Origin: an uncultured delta proteobacterium
GTDB lineage: Bacteria > Desulfobacterota > Binatia > UBA9968
Direction of reading: 5' to 3'
Assembly (NCBI GenBank): GCA_963771465.1
Contig: CAVYTU010000015.1
Coordinates: 704,001 to 768,000, forward strand
DNA: 64,000 nucleotides
Made by a program: the position numbers and the translations under genes. A model generated the notes under the pieces. That model did not search any database. It had not been told where the DNA came from and saw nothing but the letters and a program-made list of their open reading frames with translations. This document shows, piece by piece, positions 34,875 through 44,482 of this stretch. Numbering within the stretch: position 1 is the first letter of the stretch; each line of letters starts with the position of its first letter.

Positions 34875-37298
34875 ATGTCGAATGCCGCTGAACAAATAGA
34901 AGATGTTAAGCAAGTGCGCGGTTATTGCGCGCTTTGCACCGCGCACTGCGCGACGATCGCCACTGTGAAGAACGGCCGTGTAACAAAACTTGATCCCGAT
35001 CACGATCATCCCAACGGCGGTGTCATGTGTCTCAAAGGCAAAGCCGCGCCCGAGCTGGTCTACAATTCCGATCGCCTCAATTATCCGCTCAAGCGTACCA
35101 GGCCCAAAGGGGACACCGATCCCGGCTGGCAGCGTGCCACTTGGAACGAAGCGCTCGATGACATCGCGAACAGATTAAAAATAATTCGCGAGCGCGACGG
35201 CGCCAAAGCGATCGCGCTGGGCAAAGGCACCAAGAGCGGCACCTCGGTCGATGACGTCGAGCGGTGGCTCGGCCGGTTTCTCTATCTTCTTGGCAGTCCC
35301 AACTGGATGTCGACCACCCATGTCTGTAACTGGCACAAAGACACCGGCTTCAGCTACACCTTCGGATCAAATATCCCAACTCCCGATCTCGCGCACAGCA
35401 AAGCTTTCTTGCTCTGGGGTCACAATCCCAGTTCGACTTCGCTCATCCTCGCGCACGACATCGTCCAGGCGCGCTCGCGCGGCATGAAAACCGTCGTCGT
35501 CGATCCGCGCCGCATCGGCATCGGCGCCAACGCCGACATTCTTTTGCAGCCGCGCCCCGGCAGCGACGGCGCATTGGCGCTGGCTTTGATTCACTGCCTA
35601 CTGGACGAAGGATGGTATGACGCGGGCTTTGCGCGTCAGTGGACCAACGGAACTTTCTTGCTCGACTCTGTAACGAATAAAGTTCTCACCGAAGCTGATC
35701 TCACGCCAAACGGTGATTCGAAAGTTTATGTCCTATGGGACGAATCATCGAACAAACCGGCGCTCTACGATTCAGCCACGGGACTTCATGAACGAGACGG
35801 CGTGTTGCCTGCCCTCTTCGGAGTGCGAACGATCAAAGACAAGGACGGCAAAAATGTTTCCTGTAAACCGGTCTTCGAACGGCTCGCTGACATCGCGGCG
35901 GAATTCGCGCCGGAACGTTCTGAAAAAATCCATTGGGTACCGGCGGACAAAGTCTGGCAGACCGCACTACTGCTAGCACACAACCGTCCGCTCAGCATGT
36001 ACATGTGGAACGGCGTCGGCCAGCATACCAACGCAACCCAAACCAGCCGCGCCATCGCATCGCTTTACGCCCTGCTCGGCGACTTCGACCACCAAGGCGG
36101 CAATGTGAGTTTTCCGAAAGTTCCGATCAACGATGTCGGCGGCAAAGAGTTTCTGCCGAAAGAGGCCAATGCGATCCGCGTCGGCCGCGAGCGCAAACCG
36201 CTCGGGCCGCCGGCCAAGCCCGGCAACTGCGCGCCCTACGATATTTTCAATGCGATTCTCGACGGCACGCCGTATCCGATCAAAGCGTTGCTCAACTTTG
36301 GGTCGAACACGGTGATGTCCAACGCCGACTCGCGCCGTGGCCGAGCCGCGATGTGCGCGTTGGAACTTGGCGTCGTCGCCGATCTGTTCATGACGCCGAC
36401 CGCCGAACTGTGCGACTACGTATTGCCGGCGACAAGCTTTCTAGAAATGTCAGCGCTCACCACGGCATTCGAACATCGCCCCAACGGCAAAACTCATTTG
36501 CAGTATCGTCGTGGAGTCGTCGAACCATTATACGAACGGCGCTCCGACACCTGGATCATTTTTGAATTAGCCAAGCGCATGGGTTTCACCGAACAATTTT
36601 TCGACGGCGACGTCGAAGCCGGCTACGCCCACGAGCTGCAACCGAGCGGCGTTTCCCTCGATCAGTTGAAGCAGGCCGAGGGCGGCATCTCGCTACCGGC
36701 CGAGCCGACCTACGAGAAACATGCAAAGAAAAATAAAGAAAACGCACCGCGCGGTTTCGCCACGCCGTCAAAAAAAGTCGAACTCTATTGCCATCCCTTT
36801 GCAGACAACGGGATTTCTGCCATGCCGGAATATATCGAGCCCGCGCTAAGTCCCATCAGCCGGCCGGATATTGCCGCCGAGTTTCCTTTGATATTGACCA
36901 ACGCCAAGAACACAAACTACGTACACAGCCAGCAGCGTGCGCTGCCAAGTTTGCGCAAAACGCTGCCCGAACCGAGCGCCGACATTCACCCGGAAACCGC
37001 GCTTCGCTATGGAATAAAGAACAAAGAATGGATGATCGTCGAAAGCCCGCGCGGCGCGATCAAAGTGAAAGCACGGGTGACGACGAATATCGTCGGCGGC
37101 GTCATCTGCTGCCAACATGGCTGGTGGCAAGCATGTAAGGAATTGGAACTGCCAGGCTACAACGCCTTCGAAACCAGCGGCGCTAATCCTGCGATGCTCA
37201 TCGGCACCGACCTCGCCGATCCCGTCAGCGGCTCGCTACCGCATCGCTCCTACCTCTGCCGAGTGCGACCAGCGGAATACGAAACTGACCGCAAATAA
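34875..37298 (+). CDS. Molybdopterin (bis-MGD) oxidoreductase with N-terminal 4Fe-4S, cytoplasmic
   Basis: CALCTAHC...CLKG, RLNYPLKR, WGHNP, VVDPR, DLFMTPTAELCDYVLPA, IHPETA, HGWW; no Tat signal. Confidence 0.93.
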   Translation: MSNAAEQIEDVKQVRGYCALCTAHCATIATVKNGRVTKLDPDHDHPNGGVMCLKGKAAPELVYNSDRLNYPLKRTRPKGDTDPGWQRATWNEALDDIANRLKIIRERDGAKAIALGKGTKSGTSVDDVERWLGRFLYLLGSPNWMSTTHVCNWHKDTGFSYTFGSNIPTPDLAHSKAFLLWGHNPSSTSLILAHDIVQARSRGMKTVVVDPRRIGIGANADILLQPRPGSDGALALALIHCLLDEGWYDAGFARQWTNGTFLLDSVTNKVLTEADLTPNGDSKVYVLWDESSNKPALYDSATGLHERDGVLPALFGVRTIKDKDGKNVSCKPVFERLADIAAEFAPERSEKIHWVPADKVWQTALLLAHNRPLSMYMWNGVGQHTNATQTSRAIASLYALLGDFDHQGGNVSFPKVPINDVGGKEFLPKEANAIRVGRERKPLGPPAKPGNCAPYDIFNAILDGTPYPIKALLNFGSNTVMSNADSRRGRAAMCALELGVVADLFMTPTAELCDYVLPATSFLEMSALTTAFEHRPNGKTHLQYRRGVVEPLYERRSDTWIIFELAKRMGFTEQFFDGDVEAGYAHELQPSGVSLDQLKQAEGGISLPAEPTYEKHAKKNKENAPRGFATPSKKVELYCHPFADNGISAMPEYIEPALSPISRPDIAAEFPLILTNAKNTNYVHSQQRALPSLRKTLPEPSADIHPETALRYGIKNKEWMIVESPRGAIKVKARVTTNIVGGVICCQHGWWQACKELELPGYNAFETSGANPAMLIGTDLADPVSGSLPHRSYLCRVRPAEYETDRK

Positions 37299-37380
37299 CG
37301 CAAAAGATAGGTCGGGTTTGAAACCCGCCCCCCCTGCAAATCCCGATTCATATTTTGTGATTTTTGCGGTCTTTGCGGCC
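37288..37380. repeat. Composite element: inverted CGCAAA-type repeats enclosing a REP-like hairpin
   Basis: ACCGCAAATAACGCAAAAG / GGTCGGGTTTGAAACCCGCCC / TTTTGTGATTTTTGCGGTCTTTGCGGCC. Confidence 0.6.
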
Positions 37381-37441
37381 GATGCAACTCGTAGTTTCAG
37401 CGACAAACCGAAAACAGTTGGGCCAGCTTTCTCGAGACCGA

Positions 37442-38503
37442 CTAATTTCCCGCCAAGATTTTCTGGAATTTCTGCCGAATGCGCGAATGCTCCTCGGCGT
37501 TCTTGACGACTTCGGACACGGAGTACGCCGTGAATTTGACGCCGCGCTTTTCTTGCTCGGCGATGAATTTCTGCATAGGCGTTCCCTTCACAAAATGCGA
37601 GCTGCTGCGCTCGGTTTTGTACAGGAGATCTTGTCCGTCCTTGCTCAAAAGAAAAGCCGCTAGCAACGTAGCCGCATTGGGGTTGCGCGAGTTCGCCGGC
37701 ACCGTCACGTACCAGTAGGAAAGAATTCCCGCGTCGCGAAATACCTGTCCGTCCACCGGGCCGCCTTTTTCTTTGGCTTCCTGAGGTGCGGCGAGATCGC
37801 AGTTGAAAACCAGCATGGCGAACTCGCCGGAAGCGATCCGTTCATCCTCGCCGCAGCGAATCAGTCCAGCCACTTGCTTGACGAATTTGTTGAGAAAACC
37901 CGTCGCCTTCTCCTCGCCCCAGATCATCGCCAGCCGGTCGAACGACGCCGCGTAGGGCGTCGAAGCGATCTTGCCTTTCCATTTAGGCAGGAGCGTGTCT
38001 TCGAGTCTCTGCGGCACTTCCTTGGCGCCGACCAGTTTGGTGTTGTAACTAAAGCCCGGCGTGCGCGTGGTGACAACCAAGACTCTGTTGTCGTAATCGA
38101 TCATCGGCGCGGTGATATGTGGAAATGCCTTGGTCCATTCGATGCTTTTGAGCGGCATGCGCGCAACATGATTTTCCGAACCGACGAAAAGATCGCTCGA
38201 CGAGGGTTGGCCGGCTTTCGCTTCCTGAATGATCCGACTGGCAAACTGCGGCATCGCCGGCCCCGGAGTAAACTTGAATGGCAAATTCAATCCATAAGTT
38301 TTGTTAAATGCCTTCTCCATGGCGTCGGCGCCTTCGATGCCGCCCATCGTCCCGGTGCCCCAGCTGAGAATGAGCTGGCCTTCCTTCTTTGCGCCATCAA
38401 TAAGCTGCGGCAATGTCTGAGCGGAGCCTTTGACGGGTGTCACCATCAGCCCGGCCATTATCAAGCTCATAGCTAACAACCACAATCTCGATTTCACCAT
38501 CAC
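37442..38503 (-). CDS. ABC extracellular solute-binding protein (AfuA/Fe3+-type fold)
   Basis: LIDGAKKEG, YNTKLV...PKWKGKI, PNAATLLAAFLLSKDGQ. Confidence 0.88.
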   Translation of the reverse strand: MMVKSRLWLLAMSLIMAGLMVTPVKGSAQTLPQLIDGAKKEGQLILSWGTGTMGGIEGADAMEKAFNKTYGLNLPFKFTPGPAMPQFASRIIQEAKAGQPSSSDLFVGSENHVARMPLKSIEWTKAFPHITAPMIDYDNRVLVVTTRTPGFSYNTKLVGAKEVPQRLEDTLLPKWKGKIASTPYAASFDRLAMIWGEEKATGFLNKFVKQVAGLIRCGEDERIASGEFAMLVFNCDLAAPQEAKEKGGPVDGQVFRDAGILSYWYVTVPANSRNPNAATLLAAFLLSKDGQDLLYKTERSSSHFVKGTPMQKFIAEQEKRGVKFTAYSVSEVVKNAEEHSRIRQKFQKILAGN

Positions 38504-38519
38504 GATTCTCCTCGTGCCC

Positions 38520-38555
38520 GAAACGACTTGAACGTTTTGAACGGCTGAAACGGTG
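38520..38555 (+). repeat. 9-bp tandem array (4 units)
   Basis: GAAACGACT TGAACGTTT TGAACGGCT GAAACGGTG. Confidence 0.7.
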
Positions 38556-38560
38556 CGATC

Positions 38561-39523
38561 TTATAACTCCATCCGCTTGCCGAGGCCGCGCTTCACCGCC
38601 TCTTCATAGAGCCACGCCGCGAACGCCATATCACCGTAGCCGCCTTGGGATTCACGGAAGATATTGATCTCGTCGTCATTGGCCCGGCCGATGGCTTGGC
38701 CGGTGACGAGTTCTCCCAACTCCGCGATTCGGCTCCAAGAGAGTTTGCCTTCGGCGGCGAGCTCGACCAAAGGCAACGCCGCCGACCTGTCGCCGTAGTT
38801 GCGCTCCTGCTCTTGGCTGCCGACGACGATGCGATTGGCTTTCAAATGCAAGCCGCGGCCGAGCTCGGTCGGTTTCCCCATGCTGCTGACATGCGTGCCC
38901 GGCTCGACCCAATCTTCAGGAAAGATCGGCCTCAACGAATTCGTCGCCGTGAGAATCACATCCATGCCGCGCACCGCCTGTTCCGGTTCGTCGACACCGC
39001 GCACGGTGATACCGAGCAGTTGCGCCGCTTCTTGGCAAAACTTTTTGCGCCGCTCGGGATCGCGGCTTGAAACATACATCTCTTTGATCGGCCGCACCGT
39101 CAGCAGCGCTTTGAGAATGCCGAAGGCATTTCGACCGACGCCGAACAAGCCGAGCTTCTTGGAATCCTGCCGCGCCATATGTTTGGCGGCGATCGCCACC
39201 ACCGCGGCAGTACGCAACGTACCGAAAGGAAATCCCATGAACGATAACAATTCGCCGGATTCCGTATCGAACAATAGCGCATACATTTTGTCGCCGCCGC
39301 CCAGTCCGCTGTTTGGCCCCAAGCGCACGCCGACGCGCCGGTCGCCGAGCACCGCGCCCGAGACGACCCGCAAACCTTTATTCGCGCCGACGGAAATATG
39401 ATAGGGTGCATGCGGCACCACCAGACCGTTGGCTTGTTGCCTATGCGCATGCTCGATCAGCTCGATCGCTTTGGTCAGATCGAGCAACGGTTTCAGTTCA
39501 TCGCGGCTAAGCAGTAACGGCAT
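38561..39523 (-). CDS. Ornithine cyclodeaminase/mu-crystallin family protein
   Basis: LFDTESGELL, TLRTAA, DVILTATNS, PGTHVSSMG, ELGELVTG...GRANDDEI. Confidence 0.9.
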   Translation of the reverse strand: MPLLLSRDELKPLLDLTKAIELIEHAHRQQANGLVVPHAPYHISVGANKGLRVVSGAVLGDRRVGVRLGPNSGLGGGDKMYALLFDTESGELLSFMGFPFGTLRTAAVVAIAAKHMARQDSKKLGLFGVGRNAFGILKALLTVRPIKEMYVSSRDPERRKKFCQEAAQLLGITVRGVDEPEQAVRGMDVILTATNSLRPIFPEDWVEPGTHVSSMGKPTELGRGLHLKANRIVVGSQEQERNYGDRSAALPLVELAAEGKLSWSRIAELGELVTGQAIGRANDDEINIFRESQGGYGDMAFAAWLYEEAVKRGLGKRMEL

Positions 39524-39647
39524 TCATTTCTCCCCGATCATTTTCGCAACGTGCCCAGTTCCGAGGCACCGACAGACCGTCATGCGAACTTTCAACAATG
39601 GGCAGGCATTCCATCTAAAACGTCACCTGAGCCATTCTTCCACTCAC

Positions 39648-40667
39648 TCACTTCGACGCCGATGCCTTGTAAAAGCCGTCTTTCTCCAGCTGTGCGACAA
39701 ACCGGGTGTCGAGAAAGTCTTCCGGCTTGGCGGTCTTTGCTTTCGGCTCGCTCGGCAGCAACTCGCCGATGATCGTTTCCATTCCCCTGCGGGTCACGTA
39801 GGGAACCGTTTCGATGTAAGCGCGTGCTTCGCCGTAGGTCGCTTCAAGAATCTCGGGATCTTTGATGCGCGCGTACTTTTGGATCGCGCGGATGCCAGCG
39901 GTCTTGTTTACTTTGAGCAACTGCACGCCTTCACTGTAGCCACGGATGAATCGTCGGGTCATTTCCTCATTCGCTTTGATAAACGAGCGCGTTGAGCCAA
40001 TGGCAACGGAAACATATTCCGGTCCATCCTTGGTGAGGTCCACCAATTCGTTCAAGCCCGCTTTGCGCGCGCGGAAGTTGGTCGGCGGCGACAGCGCGCC
40101 GGCATCGACTTGGCCGGCAATGATGGCGGTGAAAATATTGGGCACGTCGACCAATTGCAGCATCTGATATTCCTCAGGCTTGATACCGGCTTTACTCATC
40201 ACCCACAGCGTCACGCTGTGCGTCGACGAGCCGAGCCGCGTGATGCCGATCTTTCGTCCCTTCATGTCAGTGAAATTTTTGATCTCCGGACGCGCCATAA
40301 AAGAAAAAACTAAGCGATTGGCCACGCCGGCAAGAATGACCACGTCGGCGCCTTTCAGCGCCGCTGTCACCGAATTGCGCCCGTCCATGTAGGAATAGTG
40401 GAGCTCGCCAGCGAGCATTACTTGAATCGCTCTAGACGTCGACGGAATATGCACCAATTCAACTTCAAGACCATACTTCTTAAACAAACCTTCTTCCTGC
40501 GCCACCCAAGTTCCGCTCATATTGCTGGCGAACGAAGTCCAGGCCACCCGCGCCTTCATCTGCGCTCGGCTATCGAGCGGTGACAGCAGTGTAAATCCAA
40601 GGACGATTAGCGCCGCAATCCAATATCGCAACCGAAGATTCATCAATAGTTCTAGCGATGCGTTCAT
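39648..40667 (-). CDS. ABC substrate-binding protein, NMT1/SsuA-like
   Basis: WVAQEEGLFKKYGLEVELV, MKGRKIGITRLGSST, AGQVDAG. Confidence 0.9.
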   Translation of the reverse strand: MNASLELLMNLRLRYWIAALIVLGFTLLSPLDSRAQMKARVAWTSFASNMSGTWVAQEEGLFKKYGLEVELVHIPSTSRAIQVMLAGELHYSYMDGRNSVTAALKGADVVILAGVANRLVFSFMARPEIKNFTDMKGRKIGITRLGSSTHSVTLWVMSKAGIKPEEYQMLQLVDVPNIFTAIIAGQVDAGALSPPTNFRARKAGLNELVDLTKDGPEYVSVAIGSTRSFIKANEEMTRRFIRGYSEGVQLLKVNKTAGIRAIQKYARIKDPEILEATYGEARAYIETVPYVTRRGMETIIGELLPSEPKAKTAKPEDFLDTRFVAQLEKDGFYKASASK

Positions 40668-40840
40668 AGATCTGACCGAGAACAGTTCGTCGATTTGCGT
40701 TTTCTCGATCAGCTGGAAAAGAGCGGAAGAACCATAGAAATATAAAATTACAATTTGCCGGCGGGCGCCAACCGATCCCTTCCCCCTCGCGACAGGTTAG
40801 GATAGGGGTGCTCACTCAAAGCCCCAAATCGAAACAAATC

Positions 40841-41839
40841 CTAGTTCGGCAGCCAGCACACTGCCGCAATTTCACTCAATTCTCTTCTTAACTTCGTCCA
40901 TGATTGCGCACCGTCATCACTGCGATAAAGATAACCGTAGCGACTGGCGGCAAAAATTGTATTCGGGTCATCCGAATTCGTCCCGAACGTCCACATGGTT
41001 GAATTGGGCTCCTGCGGCAGCGGCAAAAGCTTCCAGCTTTTACAAAAGTCGTCGCTCTGCGCGATGGCGCCGGACGTTCCCGGCGTGAAGTCGCCAAAGC
41101 CCAACAAGATTTTCTTCGGGTTGGCGGGATTGACGGCTATGCCGCGCAGATAGTTTTCTTTGCGCGGATATTCCCACGGCAGACACTTTTGCATGTTGCG
41201 CGGCTCCCAGCTTTTGCCGTTATCGGTGCTCGCATAGATCTCGCGATTGACCATAACGAAAACGGTTTTCGGCGGACCAACGGTTACCGCGACGTTATGA
41301 ATGTCGAGCCGGCCGGTGACCTCGACGATGCTCCAGGTATCGCCACCGTCGCTGCTGTGCCTGGCGCCGTCGACTTCGAGGCTGGCCCAAACATGGTTCG
41401 GCTCCAGCGGATCGACGGCGATGCCGGTAAACCTGGGCGTGCCCACCGCCTCGCATTCCGAAGCCACTTCCACGGGCCGCTTGTCCCAGCTCCGGCCGCC
41501 GTCCTTGGAACGAAACATCATCGCCGGCGTCGGCGTGCCGGTACCGACGAACATGTTGTCTGGATTCACCGGGTCGATGCCGATCGCCCAGACATAGTGC
41601 GGATTGAGCGCGGAGTCGATGTACTGCCAATTGGCGCCGCCATCCTCGCTGCGATAGAGCCCGCGCTCCGTGCCGGCAAATAGACGCTTGTGCTCTTTTG
41701 GGTGCATGGCGATGCAACGCACCGACGCTTCGTAAGCAAATCCGCGCCGCGGTCCGATGCGCGCCCAAGTTTGGCCGTTGTCCTCGCTGCGCATAATGCT
41801 CTGGCCGATGGTGCCGACGACGATCGTTACGTCCTTCAT
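40841..41839 (-). CDS. BNR/Asp-box repeat beta-propeller protein
   Basis: Repeated SxDxGxxW (SEDNGQTW, SEDGGANW, SKDGGRSW, SSDGGDTW, STDNGKSW, SDDGAQSW). Confidence 0.9.
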   Translation of the reverse strand: MKDVTIVVGTIGQSIMRSEDNGQTWARIGPRRGFAYEASVRCIAMHPKEHKRLFAGTERGLYRSEDGGANWQYIDSALNPHYVWAIGIDPVNPDNMFVGTGTPTPAMMFRSKDGGRSWDKRPVEVASECEAVGTPRFTGIAVDPLEPNHVWASLEVDGARHSSDGGDTWSIVEVTGRLDIHNVAVTVGPPKTVFVMVNREIYASTDNGKSWEPRNMQKCLPWEYPRKENYLRGIAVNPANPKKILLGFGDFTPGTSGAIAQSDDFCKSWKLLPLPQEPNSTMWTFGTNSDDPNTIFAASRYGYLYRSDDGAQSWTKLRRELSEIAAVCWLPN

Positions 41840-41878
41840 AATACCTCCTAAAAAGATTTAAACGTTTTGAGCCGCATT

Positions 41879-42080
41879 GATCGAGGTGTGACCCTGGAGG
41901 AACGAAGGCACGGCGCCAATGTTTCATCTTGGATTCGACGCTCGGCACGATGTTTGACCTTTTCGCTGGTGCCCTCATAAGCAACTCTGTCCGCGTACAA
42001 CCCCAAGGCACAACTGATTTGCCTTCGTTCCGGAAGGGTTGCACCTCGATCGCAGTGCTACCGCGAATAAATCGAGGCTA
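41879..42080. repeat. Inverted-repeat intergenic element, copy B
   Basis: 32-bp arms at 41879-41910 and 42020-42051 (27/32 complementary) plus a flank shared with copy A. Confidence 0.8.
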
Positions 42081-43058
42081 AACGTTGACCCGATGCAAAT
42101 CCCTGGTCCGCGGTCCCGCCGCCGCTCCAGTTGGGAAAATCCCATCGAGGCGCGCCAAATCTTCATTGCTGAGTTTGATCTCGGTCGCCTTGATGTTTTC
42201 TTCCAAGTGCGCGCGAGTTTTATTGCTCGGGATCGGAATCACCTCACGTCCCTGCGCCATCAACCAAGCCAAAGCCAACTGCGCGGTGGTACAGTTTTTC
42301 TCGCGCGCCATTGCTTCGAAGCGCGCTAACAGCGCCAGGTTTTTTTCCAAATTGCCCGCTTGAAAGCGCGGATGATTGCTTCGGCCATCGCCGTCGCTCA
42401 TGTCTTTGGCATCGTGCACCGCGCCGGCAAAGAAGCCGCGGCCCAGCGGCGAGTAAGCCATGAAGCCCATGTTGAACTCGCGGCAAGCCTGCACGTTGCC
42501 GCCCTCGGGATCGCGCGACCAGAGCGAATATTCCATCTGCAAGGAAACGATCGGATGAACTTTGCGCGCGCGCCGTATCGAGTTGGCGCTCGCCTCCGAC
42601 AAGCCGATGTAACGCGTCAATCCGCGCTCGACCAGTTTGGCCATCGCGCCAACCGACTCTTCGACGGGAATATCAGGATCGACGCGCGACATGCAGAAAA
42701 CATCCAACGCATCGACGCCCAGACGCTTGACACTCTGTTCGCAATTCTGCGTCAAGTATTCCGGCGTGCTGCCGCTGCGATTGCCACTCGCGTCGGGCGC
42801 GCGCGGGCTGCCCGACTTGGAATGAATCACGATGCGCTCGCGCCGGCCTTTGAGCGCTTTGTTGAGCAACTCGTGATTATGTCCCTGACCATAGCTTGCC
42901 GACGTGTCGAGAAAGTTGATGCCGAGATCGAAGGCTTTGTGCAGCGTCGCGATCGATTCATTATCATCCGCCGGTCCATAGGCGCCGGACATGCTCATGC
43001 AGCCCAACGCCAAGCGCGAGACTTTGAATTCCGTAGAGCCAAATTGAACGTATTCCAT
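42078..43058 (-). CDS. Aldo/keto reductase
   Basis: LALGCMSMSGAYG, GINFLDTS..YG, IGLSEAS, QMEYSLW, YSPLGRG, AQLALAW. Confidence 0.95.
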   Translation of the reverse strand: MEYVQFGSTEFKVSRLALGCMSMSGAYGPADDNESIATLHKAFDLGINFLDTSASYGQGHNHELLNKALKGRRERIVIHSKSGSPRAPDASGNRSGSTPEYLTQNCEQSVKRLGVDALDVFCMSRVDPDIPVEESVGAMAKLVERGLTRYIGLSEASANSIRRARKVHPIVSLQMEYSLWSRDPEGGNVQACREFNMGFMAYSPLGRGFFAGAVHDAKDMSDGDGRSNHPRFQAGNLEKNLALLARFEAMAREKNCTTAQLALAWLMAQGREVIPIPSNKTRAHLEENIKATEIKLSNEDLARLDGIFPTGAAAGPRTRDLHRVNV

Positions 43059-43229
43059 GCTGACCTCCGTATCGCGCCCAGAGTTAGCGCAGGTGGAAGG
43101 AAGAAGTCAAACTTCTTACCTTAGATTAACCGCTAGAATCGAATTTGCGATAACTGACCAGCTCGCCGTCGTCCTAACCCAGCCAAACCGCGAGTGACGT
43201 TAATATAAACCGCAGTGCAACACTCCCAA

Positions 43230-44258
43230 TCATTTCCCCAACAGCTTCTTCATTCGCTCGATCACCTCAGTATCTTTCGTAATCACTTCCTTGGCGAGCC
43301 GTTCCAGTTCCTCACCCGAAGTGTACTCAATATCGATCCGACGTTTCTTCGCGTCCGCCAACACTTCCGGGTCGCTCAGCGTTTTCATGAACGCTTCGCG
43401 AAGAATCTTCACCGGCTCGGCCGGAGTCGCCGGCGGCAAGACGTAGGGACGGCCGAATCCATTGGACGCGATCAACAAATTCGCCAATTTTTTGATCTGC
43501 TCCGGCGCTTTGAACTCATCCAATATCTCGTAAACCGTCGGCACGTCCGCGAGACGCGGATCGCGCTTGCGATGGGTCTGCACGATGGCGCGGGCAAAGC
43601 CGGTCTTACGCCAGTTGGCGTAAAGGTCGCCGGTGAACCAACCGGCGATGGTAAACGCGCGGCACTGAACCTCGTTGCGCTCCGCCGCAAGATCGATCTC
43701 CGGTCCGCCGGGGTAGCCGCTGATAATGTTGAATTTGGCGCCGATGCCGTCGTTTAGAAGCGTCGGCAGATAGTGACTCGTTGAACCGGTGCCGGTGGAG
43801 CCGCACTTGAGTCCGTCCGTAGCCTTGCGCGCATCAGCCATGGTTTTGAACGGCGCGTCGCTACGGAGGTACATCATGTCTTCCGAGCGATCCGGGCTGC
43901 CGACGTAAATATACTTCGACCAGTCGAACTGGACATCTTTGTTGCCGCCGAGCTGGTTGAAATACAGCGCCGCGTTAAGGGTACCGAACGTCAAGCCATC
44001 GGGCTTCGCCACCGAGTAAACATAATTCGCGCCGATGATATTGCCGCCGCCAGGCATGTTCTGCACCACGACCTCAGGCTTGCCTGGAATATGTTTACCG
44101 ATGTACTGCGCCACCAGCCGTCCATAAAGATCGTAGTTGCTGCCCGCAGTGCTGCTGACGATAAGCCGCAGGGTTTTGCCCTGATAGTAAGGAGTCTGCG
44201 CCTGCACGACAGAAACAAGGGCCAAAGAAAAAAGAAATAGTCCGCCGAGACATCCCAT
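43230..44258 (-). CDS. Bug/TctC substrate-binding protein
   Basis: PYYQGKT, VQNMPGGG, AKPDGLT, GYPGG, FGRPYVLPP. Confidence 0.92.
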   Translation of the reverse strand: MGCLGGLFLFSLALVSVVQAQTPYYQGKTLRLIVSSTAGSNYDLYGRLVAQYIGKHIPGKPEVVVQNMPGGGNIIGANYVYSVAKPDGLTFGTLNAALYFNQLGGNKDVQFDWSKYIYVGSPDRSEDMMYLRSDAPFKTMADARKATDGLKCGSTGTGSTSHYLPTLLNDGIGAKFNIISGYPGGPEIDLAAERNEVQCRAFTIAGWFTGDLYANWRKTGFARAIVQTHRKRDPRLADVPTVYEILDEFKAPEQIKKLANLLIASNGFGRPYVLPPATPAEPVKILREAFMKTLSDPEVLADAKKRRIDIEYTSGEELERLAKEVITKDTEVIERMKKLLGK

Positions 44259-44482
44259 CGGTTTCTCCTTTTCCGCGTGTAGAGCTGCTAACCGAACGTC
44301 GTAATATCAAGCCGCCGAGCCGAGTCAAGCAAAAATTTTGCGACCGCGACGCCGATCGCATCAAGCGCACGGTCGGCCGACCGACATCGTCACGGATGAT
44401 TAACGCTAAACTTGGTCGAGAAACGCCGCCCACTGCCTGATACGAAAATCACCAGTTGAAGAATTCGAGCAGGAAGTATGCT

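Noticed and set aside
40770-40812. Possible REP-like remnant (CCCTTCCCCCTCGCG...GGTTAGGATAGGGGTG)
   Set aside because: Single degenerate copy in the window; too weak to call.
41879-42051. 6S RNA (173 nt, long closing stem, central bubble)
   Set aside because: A second copy at 14.9 kb has the same arms but an unrelated interior, which fits a repeat element better; not excluded without an Rfam scan.
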